This document shows positions 23,045 to 35,415 of a stretch of DNA of 64,000 nucleotides, one piece after another. The stretch's first letter is position 1. Every line of letters starts with the position of its first letter. Position numbers and translations under genes: made by a program. Source of the DNA: Takakia lepidozioides (lineage: Eukaryota > Plantae > Bryophyta); NCBI GenBank assembly GCA_030704615.1, contig CM060732.1, forward strand, positions 9,734,001 through 9,798,000, read 5' to 3'. Below the pieces are notes generated by a model. It was given only the letters and a program-made list of their open reading frames with translations, was not told the DNA's origin and did not search any database.

Positions 23045-23585
23045 TGATTCCGGCGCTATGGGTTTGTTCCCCTTTCTCTACCGGACTTGACCCTATTTGG
23101 GGAATGTAGTCAGTAGAAGGGCCTGGCAGAGAAGACGGAATCTTTCTAAGAAGACACCATAGACCCATACCTCCAACACTTTCATCCAACCACTTAGGCA
23201 CACCGTTACGCCCAACGTACGCTCGCGTAAGACTCAAAAGCCACCACCCTCACTGCCACGGCAGTGAGGCTTAAATAACATTAGGTCATAATCTAATCTT
23301 AGTGCCATGTGGCACTTACACATATGTCCACCAGATGTCCTTCCAGCATAGCCATAGAAAGAAGCCAGATCACCCAGTCCCATCCTAATCTGATCCTAAA
23401 CTAGCTGTTAGAATAAGACAGCCCCTAATAAAGTCATCAGCTGTTGCCAACTCATCCTCATGCGCAAGGTGTAAGTCCATCCAGCTTTCATCCTGGCTTC
23501 GTCCATCCCTTAAATCAGCTGGAGCACATCCCTCCTCCATCCATCCATGTTGAAAAGTAAGGTGAGAAGGAATCCCAGCTCCACA
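23045..23585 (-). repeat. 5' LTR (541 bp, TG...CA)
   Basis: Inverted copy of 1580..2118, followed by the PBS. Confidence 0.92.
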
Positions 23586-26500
23586 TGCCCTTTCAATCAA
23601 ATTAATTTAAATAAAGGTTCACAAGAGGTGGAAAAAATAACCACCAGGAGGCCGTAAAGGCTAACTGGGGGATGCTACCCCGTCCCTATAGCAAAGCAAC
23701 TATATGAAGAGAAAGAGATACAGACAGTGAGGAAGACACTCAATTTTGAGTGAGAAAGTGAAGGTAGAGCCTAAAAGGAAATGCTGCTAAGCAGAAACGC
23801 AAGTTAATGTAAGGGGCAAAGCAAGAAGAGCGTGCGAATGCGCAAGAGGAGAATCAACGCGTAGCCACTACACAATCTGACATGCACAAAAGTCTCCACA
23901 CCTTCATACACTCCAGATACACTTGTACACAAAAGACCCCGAACTCTTCGTCACGCGCTGCTTATACGGGGAACCCTAGGAGGGCCATGACCTACCGCGT
24001 GGCGAGGCGTAAGAGGCCCGCGACGCGCTACGCGGCGCCTCATCTGTGCCCTAGATTAGATGAGCGGTGAGGATAGAGCCAGCAAGCTAGGTTAACCCTA
24101 GCTGCACTATGATTGTAATGGACCCTAACGGTACAATCGCCGAAAAAATACAGGAATGAATGATACCTACTGATGGATGAAAAAGGAAAAATTGGGCATA
24201 GGATGTAATGGGGCTTGAGAGCATGTACCCCCATATCACGATTACCATTCCACTCGACGGCGGGTTGACATCGTCTTCTCTCACGACAGGCTGCGCACAT
24301 TGGCGGACGTCGTCACCGCTGAACCTACCAGGTCGGATCTCCTCCCAGGCACAGCCTCATCACAGGGAGTTGCTGCTTTAGTAGCCGCACAGGGAAAAGA
24401 GCAAGATTACCGGAACGGCACCCAACAGACACATTCCTCCCTTTGGTAGTCGAGATTTTCTGTTGTTTGCATTAGTAGTTCAACGATTTCCTTCGCACAT
24501 GTGCCCACCGCGCAACAGAAAACAAAAGCATTGGAAATCCAAACGTCTATGTCCTTTTAGCCTTCTTTACTAGACGAGTTGACAACTAGCATGTAGCCCA
24601 GTAGTAATGGGCACAAACCATGTTGGATGTGGTTGTGGCTTCAAACCACGGTCTGGTGTGTCATGAAGGTGTCCACCTTTCAGCTGGAAGGCACTAGCCC
24701 TTGTGGTGAAGTGACACCATAAGTTACGCTCCCTTCGGGAGGCGCGACATACTTTTTTCTTTACTAGATGAGTTTCTGTTGCTTTACAAAAGGCTCAAGC
24801 TCTATCTATTTTGCGTCGGGCAGAGGTTGTTGGGGCAATTTCATCTCGCCTCCCTGCACTTTCTGACCTTCCTCAGGCCGTAGGTGATACTAGAATAGCC
24901 TGAATTCTCTTGTTTAATATATCTAGCTCAATGAGATTTTGCTTCTCCTTTTGGGGAGAGTGTTACCCATTTGTAGTCACCCTACTTGGGTCTTTTTATA
25001 AAACTACGCGGGAGTTACTGAGTAGGTCTCACTTTCTCTTCCTCGATTGCAATGCCTTTGTGAGTGTGTTTTCCGGCCTGAAGTTGGCAGATCAGATTTC
25101 CACAATGTACCGTGTGCCACTCCTGATTACTACAACACAATGTTGGTGAGGGTTGAGACAAACGACCACAAACTTCCAGACTCATCCCTGAAGATAAGTA
25201 GGCAGGCATCTACAAATCCTCCCACTTTCATCAAAATAGAAGAGGGCAGGTAATCCACTGAGCTTGCTGTTAGAGAGGGCCTACTCTCTCCAATCTACAC
25301 CTCTATGAAAGGGAATTGACCTTGTTAAGTCACTCAGAAATCCATGAATCTTTCAAAATGCTAGACACAACAAGAAGATCTGCCATTAGTCAGAGCTACA
25401 ATGACATGTAATGTAAACATGCATCAGTGAAAGGGCAATTCTTTCCAGTGCAAAAACCAGTGATCTGCAGCAAACACTCGACATGACCTCTTCCAAATCA
25501 TTCCTAAACTCTCAGGACTGATAATGAGCACAGGTGCTCGCAGAACATGTCCTGTTTATATCCCTCCATTAATCGGATACATAGAATGTTGGGAAGTATG
25601 TCTAATCAAAGTGAACATTATCACTATCATCCCCCAGAAAGGTCACTTTCATAAATTGAACGTAACATACAACAGTGAAGTGCAGAGTATCAGACTGTTA
25701 CTCGCTTCTTGCATCGGTAAATACAGCAATCTTTACAAGCGGCTGACATTCAGCCCACATGAACCCAATAATGAATGTAGACCAATTCTTTGTTGGGCCC
25801 ATTCTATTGATCACACCTCTCATAGCTTGGTAACTAAGAGCAGGAGTGGCCTACTCATGGATGACAAACCCTAAATTCCCAAAAAGCGACGCATCGCTCT
25901 GAACCACAAATCTCTCATAGCTTGGTAGATAACCAAAGGAATGCCCTTGTCTTGACTGACAAACCGTGAATCAAACTACCGTCCCTCCCAAAAAGCGATG
26001 GGTCACTCTCACCAGTGGCCTGCAATGCAGCCAGACTGTGAACCACAACAGCTGGATTGGCTTTGGCCCTGCCCAGAGCTCCAAGCCTAGAACACTGTTG
26101 ACATCATTTCAGTTCCCAAAGCCAGAACCTGGGATGATATAGCCCAACTAAGGTGCCAAACACAGGTATGCATAGGCTGCATACACCCTACCTAAGAGTA
26201 AAATGTCCTCAATTCCCCTCAACACCTCTGGCAAACCACAACACCTTCGCATTAGACCAATCCTGCGAGTGCAAACTCCTAGTGTTAAAAACCACGATGC
26301 ACTACTACTCTTCAACCTTGCAGCCTGGAGGAAAACATTAAGGCTATCGAAACAACCTATGTCCATGTAAATTTTGGACCTAAACTGCACCATGTTTTAA
26401 CACTTTCCCTCATGACTAGATTAAATTCTAGACACCTGCAAGTGCTCTTCCTTCCCCTGCACAAGGAGCCAACAAATTAACGCCGTAAATAAAAGCCTTC

Positions 26501-26759
26501 CAACATACTACAAGGTTGCAACTGGATCACATTGGCACTGAAGCAGTTTTGACTAGCAACTGTCTCTCTCTTCATCGATTTAGGGGCCTTCCATGTCTAT
26601 ACCCCCACTTGGGAAAGCGAGTCGTGTTCTAGCTCCATGTATGCAAACCAATTCAAAGGTTGGGAGAAGAAACCCCAAAAACCAGTTATAGCTTGTAGGT
26701 GAAACCTGATATAAGATATCCAAATATGTTAAGTGAACCAAACATATGAGGGCTTACAG

Positions 26760-29700
26760 CTATGGAGGTTGCCCATCGTGCATTGTGTTAGGTGGTGCAT
26801 GATGATGGTGATGATGGTGCTGGTGTTGGTGTTGTCGCTGCTGATGCTGTTGTTGCAACATATAGGAATTGCACACATCCATGTTCAGAGGCTGCATGCA
26901 CATTCCAAACAATTTCAAAATCATGTCAGCCATAAGTGAGTTGCTATTTTTACAAGTGATGATGAAGATTAAATGAGTGAAGGAGAGGGGGGAAGGAAAT
27001 GCGTGAGAAAGTGGTTTTGCTGACTATCAGGTCCTCAGGAACAAGCTATCAGTTATAGAATCAGTGACGCACATCCTCCGATCTAGGAGCACTCCAAGGT
27101 TGTCACAAGTAATCCACCGAAATTCAGTTATTCCACATGCTATGTACAACCCACCTTTGCCAAAAGCTACTAAAGTCAGTCAGGGGTGGGTTACATAAGC
27201 TTGTCGCAATGTCCATGCAATGGGGACTACCCATCGCTCTTAACAATAAAAGTGCTCAAGCCTAAAAAGAAACTAAGCATGTGAACAGAGAATTAAAAAC
27301 ATAACGAACCAAGGTGGGCAAAGGTGACAGTAGCAAATTCCTCTTTGTAATAGGTCCCCAGATTGTGCACAAAGTACAGGGAAGATAGAGCAGAAGGAAA
27401 ATCCAAAGAAGACCTTGTAGGCAGATGAAATCCAAAGAAGACTTCAGAAATGAATCATTTTATGTACTGGAACTTACCTGGGGAATTTGCTGTCGAGGAA
27501 GGTAAGCATTTAAGGACTCCATGATGTTTGCATTGTGCATGCGAGGGTCATGCATATCCATGTTGGATTGGGTACCTGCCACACCTGCATTCTGTGATGG
27601 CCCAGCAGGGGATGAAAAAGGCATCCCTGCTCGTCCAGAGGTGGCTGCACTCATGTCGATCATACCCATTTGCATCCCCATTCCCATATTCATCCCTATG
27701 CCCATATTCATTCCCATGGGAGACATGGATGTCAGGTGCGACATCTGCAGATGCTGCATCCCAGCAGGCATGACCATAGATGGTATGCTCATCCCACTTC
27801 TCATGGACATCATCTGCACAAACCACACCCGGTAGCAGAAACTTGAGATTAGTGTACAACTTGGCACCTTCCAAGAAACAATCAAATAGAAAATCCATCT
27901 CTGAGAGCAGAGTAACAGTATGATCTTGGTCTGAGTGTTACCCATGAAGTAGGAGTGAGAACAGGGCTAGAAAGGCTTCCAATTACCTGGAGTTGTAGCT
28001 GAAGCATCTTCAAATATTCAATTGCTTCATCGAGCATTGAAGCCTTATCAGTCTGAAATGCCAACCACTCTAAACTCAGAACCTCGCCATTTCACTTATA
28101 TACTCTTATAGTGGACCAGTGGGCATACTGAGCACCATCCCGAGATAACTGAGAAAGTCAGTGTGGACAATGGGACCCCTAGATACAACCTCACAGGTTG
28201 CTGTTCATAGGGGACAACATATGGGGGACAGTTCCACAGCCCTTCGCCCAGAGTAGCCTATGGTGCATAGTGAATATAGAAGTGGTTTGGTTCGAAGATC
28301 TACTGCTACACTTTACCAAGCCCAATGACTGAAAATCTGAAAGCGGGGGGTCTATACTGAAGGTCAATCCTTGGAGCTGGCTTTTGGCGTAGAACACTCG
28401 TCCAAAGATCTCCAAATGCAACAACACTTACCAATCAGAACCATTCTAACTTGCCAACTGAAGATTTTCGCACCACATCGCAAAGGCTAAGGCAGAAGAC
28501 TAGTGAGGAAAGTTTTCATAGAAGGGCAAAGAGGCCCTGCCAGTACATGTTACAGACTACAATAGTAGATAAACACACTATAAAATTGGTGATTCAAGAG
28601 GCTCTGAACTGTGTTAAACACTAGGAGCTCTACAGCGCAATTAAGATGGCCAAAAACAATGCCAGGGTACTTCTCCTATCCAATTATCACTGGTCTATGT
28701 TCAAAGACGACTACCAAAAGCAGTAGTCCACATGCACACGCTTTAAAATCCACGATCAAAGAGCGTGCACAAACCTTATTTGAGTTTGGTATCAGCTCCT
28801 GCAGGGCCTTCATCTTCTCATTGATTCTATCTCGTCGCCGCTACAACAAGGAGACAACAGGCAAGCAGTTCCTCTCAAAATAAAGCTCAGCTAGCGATAG
28901 GAACTACCAGCACAAAAAAATTCCACAACAAAGAAGCACGGGGAAACCTAACAGCAGTTTGAGAAAACAGGAAGACGTGGACGCACGCGTTCAGAAAGAT
29001 TGTGGACTTCGGCAGCTCTACTTCTCTTGGCTGTGCTCCCACGTCCTGGTGGGGGTTTCTTCAAGTCCACTGATTCCTCTTCTACATCCTGACATCATAA
29101 CGTCCAAGATCAGGGTTACTGAACCACCTTAAGCAAGAAAAAGTCCTGAACAGGAATCCTGAATCCATGCCAAATGCATTAGTTGAGCACATACAAGGAT
29201 CAATTGAGCCCCACTTTGCAGTCAATGGATACCTATGACAAAGATTGCAGCAACTCACTTCACTCTGGCATTCTGATTCTTCGACCTCACGAGTCCTCCT
29301 TTTATTACATGTCGCTGCCTCTTTTGGCCTCTCTGCACTATTGTCAGAGCCACCTACTGCCGACGTGATGGTTGGTTCCTGAGCATCTGGAACTTCTGCT
29401 CCCGGAGAGAACCCTTTATCTGAGGAGGCTAAAGCACTACCAGTCACACTAGATATCCGGCAGGTATCCACTTCCATGGCTTGATTTCTAGAGTCAATCC
29501 CCTCTCCGTCTCTCACAACAGGGTCAACCTCTTTTCTGGCCACCAGATTAGGGGGAGTAGGCCAGCTGGGGTTCACACCCAACCTGGGCTGTTGGGTCCC
29601 TGAGCTATCAAAGTGCAGCCCATTGTCTCCTTGCATTCCCACGGCACCCCTCCATGTTGTGGTTGATTCAGCAACAGTTGAGTCGGTTGAAGTGCTTGCC

Positions 29701-30816
29701 TCCAAGTTCAACTTCCCAAAATTCTGCAATCGGATGTCAGGGGTGGGGCCGGATGCCATCCCCAAACTATGCAAATTGGCTTTCATAATCGCAGCCGGCC
29801 GTGAGAAGTGTGCAAAGTTCATAGGTCCTGATGTCCTAGTAGAATGGTGTGGCAACTGGTTAGTAGCTGCCACAGGTTGGAGCATAGGAACAGAGACAGG
29901 CTCAGAGGCAGGAGGAGAGACTCTTGTATGGGTTCCGCTCGAAGAAGGATGCACAAAAGCCTTGGATGAGTTAGGAGGGAGACAGTTTGGTTGTGGCTTT
30001 GCATTTGATGGTCGCAAAGTCCGCACTTTGCTGAACGCCTCTGCCCCAGCCTGGGGTATCAAACCTGCCGCTCGGCCAGCCCCTAATGCCATGGCGGCCT
30101 CTGCACTTGCAGCCCTGTTGACAACCACATTACTTCCTACGTTCCCTGGTATTGGCATCCGCTGGGCTCGCCCCACTCCTTGCCCGACAAAGGAGTCAAC
30201 CTGCACGTTAGAATCTGGCAGCTCCCCAAAAAAGTCGGAGCAATAATTCCTCTCGAGACAATCATCGAGCGGATATTGTAACCATGACACCATCTCGTCA
30301 TCCTCAAGATTGCTGGAAGGGGCGGCGGGGGTTTCAACCACCGTCTCATTCACTACGGCCTCCAGCGTGCCATCCTTGGCAGCTGAGGGGGACTTTGAAG
30401 GTGTCACCCCACGGTCAGTCTCTTGCCTGTTGCCCCAGTGGGGATTAGAGTTCTGGCGCCACTGGGGCTTAGTGCCTTTGATGCGTTGGCCCTGCATTGC
30501 TATGTGCGCATGCTCAGTCCAGGGCCAATCCACGAATTCATTGTCCGGCCTGCAAAAACGGTCATAGACCATCACACAATTATAAGCCTGTGCCACAGAT
30601 CTCTTGAGCGAATCACTTACACGCAATCTCAAGTGACTAATCTCATCAAGTACTAAGCGTTTGGAGGACTTACACGATCGGCAAATCTGGACAGTGACCC
30701 CGCCTTCGATGCACTGGTTCCCACTTTCCTTTCACTGAGCGAACGAAATTACTCGCTGGTAAGGCTGCATCCAGTCCAACGGCGTGCCTATCCAAGTCTG
30801 GAACACAGAGACTCAT
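26760..30816 (-). CDS. PIF: Phytochrome-interacting factor (PIF1/PIF3-like bHLH); exons 30816-30674, 30549-29259, 29088-28987, 28840-28775, 28052-27987, 27813-27478, 26891-26760
   Basis: MSLCVPD start; EDDEMVSWLQYPL motif; APA-like MNFAHFSRP; bHLH [58 protein letters not shown] with the conserved 66-bp exons. All GT-AG junctions are in phase. Met-rich and His/Gln-rich C-terminus. Confidence 0.93.
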
Positions 30817-32340
30817 GCTCTGCAACAATTGCAAACCGTAATGCATCAACCACTTGCGCCAGTGGAGATGACCCTCTTCAAAGGAAGCCACACGGTGTGG
30901 ACAACTGTCTGACCACAAGTGGTTCTCTACAAGGTTCGAACAAGAACATGTAAACGACTCTATCCCCCTTTCCTCATTCTTACAAAGCGGACGACAGACA
31001 AGGACGCACAGCGCGTATCCTGCTGCACAGCCACGAGGCCGTAGAAACGCGACAAAAACTTCAGTGCTCCGCGTTTTCAAATGTCAGAAAACCAAGTCGA
31101 CGACTATCCGTCCTAGCCCAAAACAAATGACTGCATGAAGCGCATGTACGTAAATTGGAGTCTTTAGACAGCAACAAAAACTCCTGCTTCTACAGAGTGT
31201 CGATCAAAACTACCTAATGGACACAAACAGCACTCGAGAGCATGGCTGAGGCAGGAAACTTCGACAAAGCACCAAATAAGGACTCACTTCCGAGACTCCG
31301 GAAAGAGCCTCCTCCTGGAGAGATGCTTCTCTGCCTGCAAACAAGTAGTTCCCCTACCACCCAACTCCAACACACGCTCAAAGCAACAATCGCAACCTTG
31401 GACCACCGAACGAGGCCCTGTCCGTCGAGCTCCGGTATAACACGAGATGCCAAGCTTGTGGTGCCGACATGAATACCAGATTCTACGACAACCCTCTACG
31501 CTCCTCAGAAACCGAGCTCGGCACCACCCACCGCCCCCACACCATTGACAAATCCAAGCTCAAAAACAGGTGCTTTCGGACAGTGGATGCAAAACCCATA
31601 AAAGGAAAGAACCCAGCCGCCTATTCTTCCTTACATTTGCGCATCATCCTGCTGCTCCACCAGCCTCCCCTCAAGGCAGACCCCTTCCTCCTCCACCACT
31701 CTACCTCCCTTGAGATAAAGCACGAGAAACAAAAACCTGGCAAACAGTGCGTGAGAACCACACATTGTGCGAGAGGGACCCCCTGTAGGCCCCCCCGCCT
31801 CCTAGCCTCCACACGGCCTAGCCTTGGACTGGCTACTCCTAGCCTTTGACCTACCCCCTCACCGTTTTTCCGTTTTCATCCCCTTCATCCGTTCCCTGGC
31901 CAAGTCCGTTTCTCATCCACTTACGCCCTCATTTCTCATTCATCTTCTGTGTATTAAACACTGCTAATCTAATCGGAGTACTAATCTGGCTGTTAATTAA
32001 GTGTTGACATTAAGTGGCCTCCACCGGAATGTCTCTTATCCACTTCCCTCCGCCAACCACTCGCAGGTCGGCAGCTGTGCAATCCTATTGGTAAGTGGAT
32101 CTCGCAAAGACGAGGGGTCCAGGAAACAGCGCGGGGTAACATCCAATCCGAAGGCGCTCCAAACATCCATCCACTTTCGGATCTCATCGATAGTATGAAG
32201 TTCGACAGTATGAAGTGAATAGCTTAGTTGGATAGTGCACTAAGTGGGTTGGGGTCAAACCCTGCTATCTGGACGGGTGTGGTATGTTCTTCTCCCCCTT
32301 CCCTTGGGCGGTGTCCAATGCAAAAGCATTCACGGCGAGT

Positions 32341-33360
32341 TTTTTTATTTTTATTTTTATTTTTATTTTTCAAATAAACAGGGGGATTGTAGCCCTGGGA
32401 TTTTTATTAAAAGATAAGGAAAAAATAACCTTACAGTAGGGCCAGGAGGCAAAGGAAAGAGGTTCCACTCCCGAGCCAACGTTCTAAGATAAGAGGAAGA
32501 AAAGCAGGATGGTAAAGAGAATTTGAACCCTGCAGTTACAGGGAAGAAAGGCAGACACTAAGAGTCGCTGAAAGAATAACTACCAACTACCAAGTAAGGC
32601 ATGGAAAGCCAACATAGAGAACTACAATAGGGCTGCAAAGAACTTAGCAGCACCTGCCTGCAGGGACTAAAAAACGAGGGCATTGAATAAAGCTGCAGAA
32701 CTGCCAAGGATGAAACAGATAAAGAGCATTGCAACCCTACCCCAAACATCTGCATCAGCACAAAAGCAAGCCAAGAAGCGAGAAGGGAGGCTACTGTTCC
32801 TTAAGGCTAGAACCAGCAACAGAGGGCAGATCAAAATTCTGACACTAAGTGCTTCCCCTTTTCCTCTTGGGCGCCTCGAATGACAAATGAGCCTTGGACT
32901 TGGCCATTCCTAAGGCTACGCTTATTCACTTCTTCGCCTTCATGATGCTCCAGAGGGGATTGGCCGATGATGACTGCATTGCCAGCAGGCAGGGAGCTCT
33001 TCTACCACACAATTCAGGGATCTGAAATCCTTCTACAGAAGATACCGGTTTTCCCCAAGAATTGTCGAAGGAATTGAGGAGTTGGGCTCTCCTGGATTCG
33101 CTACACCTGAGAAGTGCTGCCACAAGAACAGACCACGATTTCCTTGCTTCAGACAATAAGTCTGAGTGAGCTAATACAAGCACCTTCTGCAAACAGGGAA
33201 GAGAGTTATGAAAAACAACAGAGCAGCGCATTTTCCAAATGTGCCAGAGGATAGCACCTCTCAGAAATTCCCAAACAGGGCAAGAGCAGAATTGGCTATT
33301 GTTTTTAGAGTTGAAGAGAAAAGCAGAAGTAGAATATGATAAGTCTCTGTTCCAGAGGTT
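32341..33360 (-). mobile_element. L1-type LINE 3' fragment with A-rich tail
   Basis: CPVWEFLRGAILWHIWKMRCSVVF..SEARKSW (L1 ORF2 C-terminus). The (TTTTTA)n tract at 32340-32370 is the minus-strand tail. Homologous to 58-59.8 kb. Confidence 0.8.
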
Positions 33361-33430
33361 AATGTGAAAGAGGTTATTTTCTCCTCTCACTATAATTAAG
33401 GGGCCTGAATTGTGAGCGGCCGCTTCCGGG

Positions 33431-34486
33431 GAGGTCGGGTAGCACGTGAGCTCCGTGCGCCTGCTCACGTGAGCACAAGAGGATATACCACATATTCCAA
33501 GAATATTCTTAGAAAAATGATTTAGCGAAACTAAAATGTCAAATTAGTCTGCTCACGTGAGCACAAGCCGCGCGAAGTTGGAACATAGGGAATTTCCCGT
33601 TAGTGCCGTCTCCATCAACAATCTCGTTTATTGATAGTTATATATTTAATCATGTGTAGTTGACGCTTGTAGCAATCACTAATATGCGAAACTATACATT
33701 ATTGCATCTCGACAATTTGTGAGTCGTACAAATGATATTTTCAGAGGCTTCAATTTTTTTATTCAAAATTGTTCTTCAATTCAAGAGGGTCATCAACATC
33801 AGTCCGCCGCCATAACCACCTAAACTATATCAAGTGAAACAAATGGACGATATCGAGGAGAGATGCATATCTCAACTTGTCATTGAATTTTGCAATAAAC
33901 TGTAACTAACGAACATTTGAGAGTAACCAAACAGATCTACCGTCAAGTATTCCTTTTCTTACTGTTACATAGTGAAGAGAACAGAAATGGAAATCCAAGG
34001 AAAATAGGAACAAGATATGAGATGCTATCAAACAGAATGAAATGATACTTACAGACACAATTAAAGCGCTAATTTGTTACACCTCGACCAATATCCAACA
34101 TTATATTATGAGGATCATCAGTTTTCGTTAGCGAAATGTAGCGTGGTCCCACCCTGAACTTGGAACCCGGCTCGGAAAAAATAGTCTACACATATTTGAG
34201 GATGCAAGCTGACACAACACACGTATCTCGATAAGCAATCACTGATATTCCATGTTTGACTCTCACCGGTGACATAGCCATATATCTTGAACCGCAGAAG
34301 CTTGAGCAGTAGGTAAGTACTTCACCAGAACCAATATATTCCACCGAATTGTCTCGTTAATACCGTTTCGCTTGCGAAACATTTTTATCGACACACTATA
34401 TTTCAGTTCTATCAAGGAAATACAACTCACTAGGCAGCCCTAATATCTGTTGCCAGAAATCCATCCATGACTCCAAAATTACATAT

Positions 34487-34554
<68 letters not shown>

Positions 34555-35415
34555 CTGGTCACGGGACAGGCGTAACTAAGAGCCACATATGTATTTTGCC
34601 AGTGAAGTTAAATATCTTCCTGTCTCTCCGATATTCTTTTTTACGTTGATGATCTTTGCTGTATCGTTGGGTAGCATGTGACAATGCTCACGACAGCAAA
34701 CAACAATAATATGGTGATATTACCATATATCTCAAGCCTCAGAAGCTCTAGCAGTAGGTAAGTACTTCACCACAACTAATATAGAATGGTCTTGGTAATA
34801 CCGTTTCGCTTGCGAAACGTTTTTATCGACACCCTATATTTCAGCTCTATCAAGGAAATACAACTCAATAGGCAGCTCTAATATCTATTGCCATAAATCC
34901 TTTCAGGCCCAAAATTACATATAAAACCACACATGTATATTCGAATCACCTCTTCCATGTATTCATTTCATTGCTCTTGTTCTGTTTAGTATGCTATACT
35001 GAGGATGAGGCTTTTAAGAAGTTAATCAGACAATGTTATCTTTGGGAAGACCTGTAATGGCCTCCTGCCCGGGTGCTTGCATATCCCGCAAAGCATTACA
35101 GATCGAGTCTTTGCACTTACGCGACCATAATTATACTACCTTGTATCTTAGAGCTCATCTCTAGTTATATTTCTAAGAACTTGGAGCTTGGAGCTTGTAG
35201 ATATACATTAGGGGTGTCTATTTCGCATTAGGGTTTAGGGACAGAAATAGGGACAGAAATAGGCACATAACTCCCTATTTCGCATGGAGGGACCCTATTC
35301 ACGCGTATTCTATTTCCGTGGAAACATGGGTACCCTATTGCCGTATTTTTGTGCTCTCGCCTCTGTTTTCCTATGCTCACATGAGCAGTGCTCACCTTCT
35401 AAGTTACCAACCCCC
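33431..35415. mobile_element. Non-autonomous TIR element (Mutator-like) inserted in the SINE 3' end
   Basis: Ends GAGGTCGGGTA / rc GGGGGTTGGTA, with TGCTCAC.TGAGCA motifs at both ends. Flanked by CTTCCGGG / CTCCCGGG (imperfect 8-9 bp TSD). Confidence 0.55.
34278..34923. repeat. Two ~205-bp direct repeats (34278-34488, 34723-34923) flanking a (GA)31 microsatellite (34491-34552)
   Basis: Directly visible shared blocks such as GCAGTAGGTAAGTACTTCACC and TACCGTTTCGCTTGCGAAAC. Confidence 0.9.

Larger units (their letters stand above)
18940..23585 (-). mobile_element. Ty3/gypsy LTR retrotransposon, 5' half: LTR-PBS-extra ORF-gag-(-1 frameshift)-PR-dUTPase-like-RT (truncated)
   Basis: See sub-features. 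RT stops just after the YIDD motif; RNase H and the integrase core are missing. Confidence 0.92.

Noticed and set aside
29623-30246. 207-aa plus-strand ORF and similar antisense ORFs over PIF, SIG2 and pol
   Set aside because: These are shadows of real coding sequence on the opposite strand, with no independent motifs.
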